Source of the DNA: Octopus sinensis
Lineage: Eukaryota
Direction: 5' to 3'
DNA: 64,000 nt
NCBI RefSeq assembly: GCF_006345805.1
Contig: NC_042999.1
Location: forward strand, 74,958,001 to 75,022,000
How positions within the stretch are numbered: position 1 is the first letter of the stretch; each line of letters begins with the position of its first letter. Shown in pieces: positions 1-11,650 of this stretch. The position numbers and the translations under genes are program-made. Below the pieces are notes generated by a model. That model was given only the letters and a program-made list of their open reading frames with translations, did not search any database and was not told where the DNA came from.

Positions 1-91
1 AAAATCCACTATGCATGCAAGACTCCAGGAGCTCCAGCAAAACCTGTGACAAAGAGAAATAATGATGATGATGATGATGACGATGATGATT

Positions 92-1218
92 TGAAGAAGA
101 AAAGGAAGTTGCTGACTAGATATGGGATACTCCACCCAAGAAGTGACACAGACAGACTGTATGTACCAAAAAAAAAAGGGGGAAGAGGACTTATAGGATG
201 TGAACACAGCATTAGAGCAGAAGAAAACAAGATAGCATGGTATGTAAAAAATGTCACAGAACTGCTATTATTGGAAGTAAGACGGTCAGGCTTGTGCAGG
301 ATGGAAGATTGCAAAGATAAAGCACTACACAAGCACTTGAGAATGAATGAAACTGAAAATAGGTAAATAAAGAAAAGAATGCATGGACAATTTCATAGGG
401 ATTTTGAAGACAAAACAGACAAAGAAATAAAGATGACTATGAATGACTAAAAGTAATTTAAAACCAGAAACAGAGGTTCTAATATGTGCTTCCCAAGAGC
501 AAGCATTAAGAACCAATTACATCACATACAGAATAGACAACACATCAGAAAGTGATAAGTGCAGAATTTGTGGACAAAATAGTGAAACCCTATGGCATAT
601 TACCAGTCAATGTATGCTACTAGCCCAGAAGGAATATAAAAGACATCATGACAACATAGCAAGGATTGTCCATCGGACACTTTGCAATGAGTATGTACTT
701 GACAGAGCAAAAAGGTGGTAAAAGCATAAACCTGAAGGCATAATCGAAAATGATAACGCAAAGAGCCTACGGGATTTTATGATTCAATGTGACCATGAGA
801 TAGAGAATAGGAAACCAGACATAGGCTTAATTGAGAAAGAAAGCAAACGATGTTGGATCATAAATATAGCATGCCCAGCTGACAACAGGGTGTGCAATAA
901 GGAAGAAAGAAAAGTCGCTAGATATGACAGGTTAGCTTGGGGGGTGGGAGCTAAGCAGTTGAGGTCACTGAAAAAAGTGGTAGAAGTACTAATAATTGTC
1001 TGAGCCCTGGGAACAGTGAGTAAAAATCTTGAGAAGTTATATGGAACAAATAGGGGCTGTAATAAGGGTGGAGCACTTACAGAAAATAGCACTGCTTGGA
1101 ACCACTTGAATACTCCAGATGGTGCTCGAAATTTAAGGGGTGTCACTTTAGTTCCCTGGTAGTGAACAGCTGACACTGTAGTACATCTCCAGCATTAGAA
1201 GCTGTGCAAAGACATTAA

Positions 1219-1250
<32 letters not shown>
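92..1250 (+). mobile_element. R4/Dong-clade non-LTR retrotransposon, family A, 5'-truncated and decayed
   Basis: Fragments HPRSDTDRLYVPKKKGGRGL, LKPETEVLICASQEQALRTN, CCHC knuckle CRICG..ETLWHITSQC, KPDI (restriction-like endonuclease); (TAA)n tail at 1221-1250; homologous to 44420-45532. Confidence 0.85.
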
Positions 1251-1254
1251 TCTC

Positions 1255-1700
1255 TCTAACTTAGGCATAAGGCCAGCAATTTTTGAGGGAATGGAGTAAA
1301 TCACTTATATCAACTCTAATACTTGACTAGTACTAATTTTATCAACCTGAAAAGATGAAAAGCAATGTGAACCTAAGTGAAATCTGAATTTGGACTGTAA
1401 AATAAAGCTGGAAGTAATACTACTAAAATTTTTATCCGACATGCTAACCATTCTGACAGCACACAAACTCAATAACAACAACAACAATAGTAATCCCTCC
1501 CACTATAGGAACAAGGCCAGAATTTTAGTCAGAGGGGGATAGTCAATTACATCAACCTCAGTACTCAACTGGTACTTACTTTGACCTCAAAAGGATGAAA
1601 GGCAAAGTCAGCCTCGACAGCATTTGAACTCAGAATGTAAAAGCAGACCAAAGGCCACTTAGCATTTTGCTCAGCATGCTAATGATTCTGATGAGGTGCC
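1255..1700 (-). mobile_element. Two adjacent degenerate copies of SINE family C (Nin-domain-like)
   Basis: Reverse complements of the core gtcgactttgcctttcatcctttc..gataaa..agtaccag, seen near-intact at 62930-63165. Confidence 0.7.
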
Positions 1701-1729
1701 AGTGTTTAGACTGTGGGTGTTTCCAGCTT

Positions 1730-2375
1730 GTTTTTTTGTCAGGTAGGGAGATGAAATAGGGAGTCAGTGATGATGAGTTCACGTCCAGTGCAAAGGTCCA
1801 GGAGGAGCTGGTGATTGGCATCGCATTTCCCAATGCTGTGATGGCCAAGAATGCCATTCCACAAACAATGGTCACTGCTGACTCTGCCATTAAAATCCCC
1901 CAAGAGGATGAGCTTGTCGTGCATGGGGACTGTCTGGGTGATGTAGTCCAGCAGGCTGTAGAACAAAGCCTTGATGTTTTCAGATGTGAGGGTAGGGGCA
2001 TACACAGAGATCAGCGTAAGGAATCTGTCCAGAATGAGTGGGATCCGAACAGTCATCAGGCGCTCATTGACGGCAGTTGGGATGAGTCTGTGTTGGTCCA
2101 TGAATTGAGTTTTGATGGCAAGGCCAACTCCATGGATGCGTGGTTCATTAAGATTTTTCCTCCTCCAGAAGATGGTGCAGTGAAAACCAGCTTCTGTGAT
2201 GCGGCCTTCTCCAGGAAGCCTAGTCTCACTCAAGGCTTCCACATTGATGCTGAAGAGGGCAAGTTCCTTGCAGGCGAGGACTGTATGTCGCTCTGGTCAA
2301 TTAATGTCACTCTTGTCCTGGAGAGTGTGGATGTTCCAGGCCCCGAAGATGAGAGGTTGTGAAACAGAGGATTTA
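1730..2375 (-). mobile_element. RTE/BovB-like LINE fragment: apurinic (APE) endonuclease only
   Basis: ORF 1739-2242: ALSETRL, HGVGLAI, ERLMTVRIPL, ISVYAPT, LILLGDFNGRV. Confidence 0.85.
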
Positions 2376-2406
2376 GTAGAGGCCTTGTATCTATAGTAGA
2401 AAAGTT

Positions 2407-2444
2407 TATTATTATTATTATTATCATTATTATTATTATTATTA

Positions 2445-2479
<35 letters not shown>

Positions 2480-2594
2480 GTTAATGTAATGTTGTCGTCA
2501 TCATTATTATTATTATAATTATTAATTATTATTATTATTATTATTATTGCTATTGTCATCGTTGTCCTCATTGTCATTATTATTATAATTATTA

Positions 2595-2637
<43 letters not shown>
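2407..2637 (+). repeat. (ATT)n microsatellite
   Basis: Direct reading. Confidence 0.95.
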
Positions 2638-2638
<1 letters not shown>

Positions 2639-3509
2639 GGCAGTAAACTGGTAGAATCATTGCAATGGTGGATAAAAATGCAATGATGTCCTTGGGGAGA
2701 CCATGGGCATCAACAAAAATGAACTGGGTAGTCTATTCCATAGGACTTCCAGTTGGGTACTGCTACAGATAATTTTCAGATGTATTTGGCCTGGCAGTGC
2801 TATTGGGGTGGTGCTACTGGTTTGAGATAAACTCTACAGGCATGGATGTTCTGTCATTCAGGCTTGTCTGAGATGCTTGCAGAGCGACACAAAACTGTTC
2901 AGCCTGCACTTGTTTAGTGTTTGGGCATTGCTGACTTGTGGAGTTATATTGAACAGCTACTGTCCACATGTTGGATGGATTCATCTGTTGGTCAAATCCA
3001 TAGTAATGATTGCCCCACCACTCTCATTTAATTAGGCAGGCAAGGCAATTTTCCTATGCCTGTTGGCTGTGGTGAAAGAGGTTGTCTGGTGGATGAGGCT
3101 GAAAGGAATGAGGACAGAGACATCCCTCTTTGGTAAATCCCTCATTATCTAAAGCGAGTGTGGAGAGGGAGGTGCTGTCCTCAAGTGGATTTATCATAAC
3201 TGGGTGAAAATTGCAAAAATAACAAGAGTGGATGACAATGCTCTAAGTATAAACATGTGAGTAGGAGGAAAAGAGTTGGAGGGATCACTTGCCCTTGATA
3301 TTCATGGAGATCTTGGATAGTGGTGTTCCTCAATTATACTTAGAGGTCTCCTGTGTCAGAAGGATTCCATCACTATAGCATTTTCCCCCCCTTAGTGTCA
3401 TATACTATGTAGACTTTTCTTTTAATGTATACTTATCCTTTTTTATCATTCCATTATATGTTTGTCTTTGGATTGTCACCCTCATCCTTTATCCTAGTGG
3501 TAAATAAAA

Positions 3510-4410
3510 GAAATTATTATTATTATTATTATTATTCTATGTTTGACTTTTGCTTTATGTCTGTATAAGTTGGCTCCAAGTCTCACCCAGAGACCTCAAG
3601 AGACAACAGGTTGGAAGTTCATGTTGTTGTTATGCCTAGTGTGCCATATATTTGATTTTTTTTTGTGTTGTACTAGTGAATGTCTAATACATAAAATAAA
3701 AAAATAAAGTTTGTTTTAAACCTTGGGATTACATTGAGAGTATTTTGTGTAGGATATGAGCAGTTCCCATGAGCACTATCTTTTGAATTTCTGCCATTTT
3801 GGGTTTTCCTGGTATCTGAGTTAGGTAGCAATCAGCCCCTTTCGCTATCATTCCCAGGGCACCTATGACAACAGGTATTGTTTTAGTCTTCAGCTTCCAC
3901 ATTTTGCTGATTTCTATTTCAAGATCTTTATATTTGCTCAGTTTTTGGTAGATCTTGACAGATACGTTTATATCGATTGGGACAGTCATATCAATGAGGA
4001 GGCATGTTCTTTGTCTGAAGTCTTTCAATATGATGTCTGGCCTATTTGCATCTATCTTCCTGTCAGTTTGAATGGTGAAGTTCCAGAGGAGTGAGATGTG
4101 GTCATTTTCAAGCACTGGAGGTGGATTGTGTTCCCACCAGTTTTTTTCATTGGGAAAATCCAGGTTTTTGCAAATTACCCAGTGAATATATTGTGCAGCT
4201 CTATCATGCCTGTTGAGGTACTCTGTAGGCGCTAGAAGACTGCATTTTGAGACAACATGATCAATGGTTTTATTTTGTTGTCGGCATACACAACATGTTG
4301 AGCTACTGCCGTTCTTTAATATGTTGGCCTGGTAGTTTCTTGTTGGTAGGCATTGATCTTGAGCTGCTATGATAAACCCTTCTGTTTCAGATTTAAGCCA
4401 GAGGCCATTA
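3510..4410 (-). mobile_element. R4/Dong-clade element family B, 5'-truncated (CCHC + RLE endonuclease C-terminus)
   Basis: ORF 3729-4544 after the microsatellite part: LKSETEGFIIAAQDQCLPTRNY, CCVCRQQNKTIDHVVSKC, NRPDII, LIDMTVP, AEIQKIVLMGTAHIL; (AAT)n tail on its own strand at ~3510-3535. Confidence 0.9.
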
Positions 4411-4522
4411 GCCATCATCATCATCATCATCATCATCATCGTCATCATCAACACCACAACCACCACCACCACCACCACCACCACCACCACCACCATCATT
4501 ATCATCAACACCACCACCACCA
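4411..4522 (+). repeat. (CAT)n/(CAC)n compound microsatellite
   Basis: Direct reading; explains the poly-His and poly-Val/Met ORFs. Confidence 0.95.
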
Positions 4523-4812
4523 CCACTGTGTGACATCTTGGCAAGAGTTTCCTACAATAACCTCAGGCCAACCAATGCCTTGTAAGTGGATTTGGTAGAT
4601 GAAAACTGAAAGAAGCCTGCCAATATACATACGTACATACATGATGATATATATAAAATAATATAAATGATATATATATATATATGCATATATACTTACG
4701 TATATATACACACATCTATACATATATATTTATATATATATGAAATTATATAAATAATATATATATATATATGCATGTATGCTTACATATATTTACACAC
4801 ATCTATACATCT

Positions 4813-4845
<33 letters not shown>

Positions 4846-5129
4846 TGCATCATCATATGCATACAGGAACAAAGACTAATAACAGCAAAAAAAAAAGATT
4901 TTCTCAGTTATAAATCATTGGCTAAAATACAGGTTTCAGGATATATTGCAATTTGTATGAGTCACCAGTAAAAATCCCAGTGTTGTGATGAATGCATAAA
5001 GAAACCAGTCTCAGTGCTGGGAGTGCTTCTTTTCTTTCTTTCTTATTTTCTCTCAATGCTATAATAAATTTTATAACCACCAAAACAAACTGTGGAAATC
5101 AGTAAGTCTAAACACAAGACAATTACAAA

Positions 5130-5480
5130 AGCTCCGGCGTCTGGCGACGGACTTGGTAAACACCCACAAGGTTATCAACCACCTCACCAACAACAACACT
5201 GAACACCTTTTTGATCTCCATGTGTCTAACACACGTGGACATGCCTACAAAGTCAGAAAACAGCACAGCTCCCATGACTTTCGGAAACATTTTTTCACGC
5301 TCAGGGTTGCTGAAGCGTGGAATAAACTGCCTGCATCAGTTGTTGACTGCCATGACACTGCATCCTTTAAGGCCCTCATGCTTCCCGAAATCCGTCGAAC
5401 TACACCTGATTATATATACACTTTAGATGAGTTGTAGTGCACCTGAGCACTGTACACAATTATTATTATTATTATTATTA
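5130..5480 (+). mobile_element. CR1/L2-type LINE 3' end
   Basis: TRGHAYKVRKQHSSHDFRKHFFTLRVAEAWNKLPASVV..FK is the CR1-type C-terminal motif; (ATT)n tail at ~5459-5480. Confidence 0.8.
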
Positions 5481-5511
5481 TAAAGTAATACAAAGAAAAT
5501 AGTGATATGTG

Positions 5512-5670
5512 TCCGTGACTGTGTGGTAAGAAGCTTGCTTCCCAACCACATAGTTCCAGGTTCAGACCCACTGTGTGACATCTTGGCAAGAGTTTCCTCC
5601 AATAACCTCAGGCCAACCAATGCCTTGTAAGTGGATTTGGTAGATGAAAACTGAAAGAAGCCTGCCAATA
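5512..5670 (+). mobile_element. SINE family A head (tRNA-like), degenerate
   Basis: gtgtggtaagaagcttgcttcccaaccaca..ggttcag..ccactg..cttggcaag..gaaactgaaagaagcc, matching 6668-6830. Confidence 0.75.
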
Positions 5671-5758
5671 TACATACGTACATACATGATGATATATATA
5701 AAATAATATAAATGATATATATATATGCATATATACTTACGTATATATACACACATCT

Positions 5759-5789
<31 letters not shown>

Positions 5790-5823
5790 TGAAATTATAT
5801 AAATAATATATATATATATGCAT

Positions 5824-6157
5824 CGCATGGCTCAGTGGTTAGAGTGTCGAGCTTACGATCGTGAGGTTGTGAGCTCGAATCAAGGACCAGGCTGCGTGTT
5901 GTGTTCTTGAGCAAGACACTTTATTTCACGTTGCTCCAGTTCACTCAGCTGTTGAAATGAGTTGCGACGTCACTGGTGCCAAGCTGTATCGACCTTTGTC
6001 TTTCCCTTGGATAACACTGGTGGCGTGGAGAGGGGAGGCCGGGATGCATGGGCGACTACTGGTCTTCCATAAAACAAACTTGCCCAGACTTGTGCCTCAG
6101 AGGGTAACTCTCTAGGTGCAAACCCATGGTCACTCATGACCGAAGGGGGTCTTTTAC
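5824..6157 (+). mobile_element. SINE family B (tRNA-derived head, CORE-like centre)
   Basis: A-box TGGCTCAGTGG, B-box-like GCTCGAATC, centre gtgttcttgagcaagacactt; inserted in a (TA)n tract. Confidence 0.75.
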
Positions 6158-6206
6158 TTACATATATGTACACACATCTATACATACATACATATATATA
6201 TATATG

Positions 6207-6306
<100 letters not shown>

Positions 6307-6667
6307 TGCATATGTGGGCACAGGACGTCCTGAAATGTGTACAACAAACAGGAAGGACTGCTAAGCCTAAACAAGGAATGGTATCGAACGTGTAAATCAA
6401 GCTTGGACAAGAGAGAGACAAGAACATGTCTTCCTTGTTCCTGCTACAATGGAGAGAAAGAAAGAAACACAAGTTAGGAGAAAGAAAGATGGGTGATGGT
6501 CATGTGGGAGCTATGTGAGCAAGAGAGGGAGAGTGACAGAGTAATAGGATAGAACAGTGGGAGAAGAGGAGGTAAAAGAATAAAAGTGAATGTTACGCAT
6601 CCTCTTCCTAGTAAGTTTTATCTATATCTATCTATCTATCTATATATATATATATATATAAATATAG

Positions 6668-7050
6668 GCACAGGAGTGGCTGTGTGGTAAGTAGCTTGCT
6701 TACCAACCACATGGTTCCAGGTTCAGTCCCATTGCGTGGCACCTTGGGCAAGTGTCTTTTACTATAGCCTCGGGCCGACCAAAGCCTTGTGAGTGGATTT
6801 GGTAGACGGAAACTGAAAGAAGCCCGTTGTATATATGTATATATATATGTATGTGTGCGTGTGTGTTTGTGTGTCTGTGTTTGTCCCCCTAGTATTGCTT
6901 GACAACCGATGCTGGTGTGTTTATGTCCCCGTCACTTAGGGGTTCGGCAAAAGAGACCGATAGAATAAGTTCCGGGTCGAGTTGCTCGATTAAAGGTGGT
7001 GCTCTAGCATGGCCGCAGTCAAATGACTGAAACAAGTGAAAGAGTAAATA
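6668..7050 (+). mobile_element. SINE family A, bipartite (tRNA-like head + internal (TA)/(TG)n + 3' module)
   Basis: ggagtggctgtgtggtaagtagcttgc head and gaccgatagaataag...gtcaaatgactgaaacaagt tail; other copies at 35625-36040, 37270-37740 and 62760-63400. Confidence 0.85.
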
Positions 7051-7062
7051 TATATATACATA

Positions 7063-7114
<52 letters not shown>

Positions 7115-8021
7115 TGATTGATTAATTCTAGTTTCAGCTCATGAGCTGTGGCCATGCTGGGGCACCGCCATTTATATATATATATATAACACAAATACAC
7201 ATGCAAATATTACATTTCTAAGAATCCATTAAAAATCAGCCCCAATCACAGCTATAACCCATAAAGTGCCAACTTTAAGTCATACAACACCTCACTACTC
7301 ATTCATATTCTCCCTTCTTCTTCTTCTTCTTCTCCCCCCCCCCTCTACTTCCCTACCTTATTACTAATACTTTTTAGTATAACACCTACACAAACCTTTC
7401 AATAGAAATATTTTCATGAGTTGAACAGCAGGAACTGCTAGCCACCAGTGACGAATGACAATCAAGGCAATCCCAAATTCTTCCTCCCCTTCTCCCCTCC
7501 TCCTCCTCCTTCTTAAACCCACAAGAGCTATGCACATTTGTTTGTTTATGCCAATGTTAGTTTCCATAAGATTATGCAATGTTATGCAATTCTCAACTTG
7601 TCCAGCAAGCCATCAGTGACATGTTGATTAATCAACAAGTGAAATTTTTGATAAGAATTGCCAACATTTAAGAAATATAAAGTGGATGAGAATATAATTT
7701 GTCAATCATGTGGTAGGATAGCAGAATGAGGTTGTAAATTAACTAATATTTGAAGGCATTTCTATTCTGAAGATGTTATTAGTTGAAGCGACATGATTAA
7801 TAAGTTCTATCATTATTTATTCACTTACTTAATCCATCTTGATAAAAGTTTTTCCAGAAATTATTGCAGAATATTAGAATATTAAAATGAATTCATGGAG
7901 GTTCAGCTAATTATAATTCAAGGAAAATAATTGAAAGAAAACTGCAGCTTAGCAAAGGTCTCTGTGAAAATTCAGAAGGGACAGAGAGAAGAAAAAAAGA
8001 AACGAGAAAAAGAAATAATTA

Positions 8022-8359
8022 TGCATACATACATACATACATACATACATACATACATACATACATACACACACACACATACATACATACATACATACAA
8101 ATATACATACATACATACATATATACATGCATACATACATACATGCATACATACATACATGCATGCATACATGCATGCATGCATGCATACATACATACAT
8201 ACATACATACATACATACATTCATGCATGCATGCATGCATACATACATACCTGCATGCATACATACATACATACATACATACATACATACATACATACAT
8301 ACATACATACATACATAATACATACATACATACATACATGCATGCATGCATGCATGCAT

Positions 8360-8430
<71 letters not shown>

Positions 8431-8445
8431 TACATACATACATGA
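8022..8445 (+). repeat. (CATA)n/(CATG)n/(CA)n compound microsatellite
   Basis: Direct reading; source of the HTYI/MYVC ORFs. Confidence 0.95.
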
Positions 8446-8765
8446 TATGTAACACACTGTCTAAACACCAATCTTGAGAAATTAGGCTTCTCAAAACCAG
8501 AAAGGAGAAAGCTGATTCGAAGATTACAAACCCAATCCATCACTGGAAGTAAAAAAATCTGTAAAACTTTCCAGAAGTTTATCTTTTAAGCATATATGAA
8601 CATATCTAGATATGCAAATATATGCATGAGAATACATACATAAAACAAAACACAAATCTGCATGTATACATATATACATATAAAAATAAAATTGAATAAT
8701 GACATACATACAAACATACATACACATGCACTCCCCACACATACACACATACACATGCATACACA

Positions 8766-9690
8766 TCATCATCATCATCATCGCTTAACATCCACTTTCC
8801 ATGCTGGCATGGATTAGGTTTGACTGGAACTGGTAAACTGGAGAGCTGCACAGGTTCCAGTCTGATTTGGCATAGTTTCTATGGGTGGATGCCCTTCCTA
8901 ATGCCAACCACTCCAAGTGTGTGATGGGTACTTTTCATGTGCCACTAATATAGGTGGCATTTACATGACACTGGCAACGATCACAATTATGATTTTATGG
9001 GTACCATTTACATAACATCAGCAACAGCCATGAATACTATTTCACTTGGCTTCATGAGCACAGCATATCACCAAATCAAGCGCAGCATATCACCAAAGGC
9101 TTTGGCCACTGGTCATTGCCTCTGTGAGGCCCAACATTAGAAGATCACGCTTCACCACCACATCCCATGTCTTCCTGGGTCTACCTCTTCTATAGCTTCC
9201 CTCAACAGTGAGAGATTGGCACTTCCTTACACAGCTGTCCTTGTCCACATGCATCACATGACTATATCAGTTCATCCATCTTTCTTACACATTACATCTG
9301 ATGCCTCTCATGCTCAGTTTTTCTCTCAAGAGATTTATGCTCTGTTGCACATGCACACTAACATTGCACATCATGTGAAGCATGCTAGCTTCATTTCTTT
9401 CAAGCCTTCATATGTCCTCTGTAGTCATGCAGGCATCATACAGTCTGCCTTTCATTCTGAGGGGGAGGCCCTTGGTTACCAATAGAGTTAGAAGCTCTCT
9501 GAACTTTGCCCAGCCTATTCTTATTCTAGTAGCTACACTCTCAGAGCATCCACCTCCACTGCTGACTTGGTCACTTTGATAATGGAAGCTATCAACTACT
9601 TCTAGGTATCTCCCATGGCATTTGATGGGGTCTATTTTCTGTACATTTCTAGTGTTTAAATTACCTGTACATCTGTCACACACAAAGGCT
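8766..9690 (-). mobile_element. Older 5'-truncated copy of the RTE-type LINE at 45611-48374
   Basis: LEVVDSFHY..DQVSSGGGCSESVATRIRIGWAKFRELL..KGRLYDAC; shared 3' UTR (ggatgcccttcctaa) and (GAT)n tail. Confidence 0.85.
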
Positions 9691-9747
9691 TTTTTCCCTA
9701 TTGACCCTCCTCTGATATTGCTGCACCTCTAATGTATCCATTGTTTT

Positions 9748-9813
<66 letters not shown>

Positions 9814-9886
9814 GTACAAGTAAGCGCATAAATGCAAACCAAGGTAGAAAAAATAGGACTCAAATACTCAAGGTAGAGTAATGTGC

Positions 9887-10136
<250 letters not shown>

Positions 10137-10178
10137 AGACAGACAGAGGCAGAGAGAGAGACAGACAGACAGAGGCAG

Positions 10179-10213
<35 letters not shown>

Positions 10214-11149
10214 CATATATCTTCATGTGCCATAACTACAGGTATCATGAATCTTCATGAACCTTCTTGCCCTTCTATCCCACACATAATGTACCTTGTT
10301 ATTGACTCACCCTTTCTGAAACCAGTTATAACCTAATAAATGAGGATTTGCCCCTTATGTATCTTCTTCACAATTCTTCCTTTTGCCCTTTGTTCTGAGT
10401 TCCTATCTTGGTCTCTATAAATTAGTATCTATGTTTAAATATTAAACTTGATTTGATTCATATAAATCACAGTGTTTATTATATATCTATTGTCTTCTAC
10501 ATTTTCCTTAAAACACAAAACCAGAAGTTACAGAATATATAGAATATTTAAAAACCTTTTAATCAATCTTTAGCACATTTAATTTAACTAAAACCTGTTG
10601 GCTATTATACCACATGCCAACATAATCACACATACAGATGCACACACATACACAGAGATAAACGCATACATACATACATACACGCAATAAACACAACTTA
10701 CATTTGTTTAGAGTTGTTCATTGAGTATCATGATTATCATCTTGTGTGTCATTTGTAAATCTTTTGATGACTGTAGATCTTAATGCACAGCTTTTGTTGC
10801 AGAATGAACATGGAAATATCTGCTTCCAACCAGATATTTCTACAATGGTATGAATGCCTTTTTTCTCACTTTTTATACTGTTTCTGAGTCTGTTTTTACT
10901 TTATATGCCTTAAGTCCATCTCATACAATGTGACCACTAAAGTGAGACGCATGGAGTGATGTCTTCAGTTTTTAAAAGAGTAGCAATGCTTGAAATGCAA
11001 AATCCTGATATGTCAGGAAAAAGAAAAGGCCACAGCATGTCAGATGATTTTTGCCCTGTATTCTGACCAATCATATGACAGTTGTAGTTGTGTGATCACA
11101 TGATTTTAATGGAAATTTCCATGCAGTTTTCTGCTAAAGTATGGTTAAG

Positions 11150-11650
11150 AATTGTAAAAGTGTAAAAGAGACAGTGTAGTGTGTTATTAACAGATGACCA
11201 TTCATTCATAAGTTGTAACAACTTTTAAAACAATGATCTGTAGATCTTCTGAAGTCTGAACTATTAAAACCAAGTTATCAGCTTACTGATGCTCAATAAT
11301 CTATTGAAATCTAAAGTTAGTGATGGTCTGAAATCTTCTGTAATTGAAATCGTTCTCATAAAAGCAAAAGTGACTCCTACTTCCTTGGCCTTTCTTCTGT
11401 GTAACAGAATGGTCGTACATGAAACCATACAGAAACCAGAAGGCAACATTGCTAAATTCTTGTTTTTATACTGAATGGTTCAGATGTTTGCTCCCAACTA
11501 CCCACGACATATACACTAAAGGAAATAGTGGAAGAAGTTCATGAATTTGAACTGGTAACCAAACTCACAGGAGTTTTCCCCAGAGAAATTCCCAGTTTAT
11601 AGTGTCAAAAGTCTTTAGATTGTGGGTTGGTCCTTATAATGTCATTGGTA
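11150..11650 (-). mobile_element. Decayed RTE/BovB-like RT remnant
   Basis: Manual translation gives FNYRRFQTIT and EHQ*ADNLVLIVQTSEDLQ, resembling the FNLRRLQA and YADD..L..S..DLQ motifs. Confidence 0.5.

Noticed and set aside
4353-4598. Poly-histidine ORF
   Set aside because: Translation of a (CAT)/(CAC) microsatellite; no splice or coding support.
5824-5900. tRNA gene
   Set aside because: A/B-box-like head continues into a SINE body; no complete cloverleaf. The same holds for family A heads.
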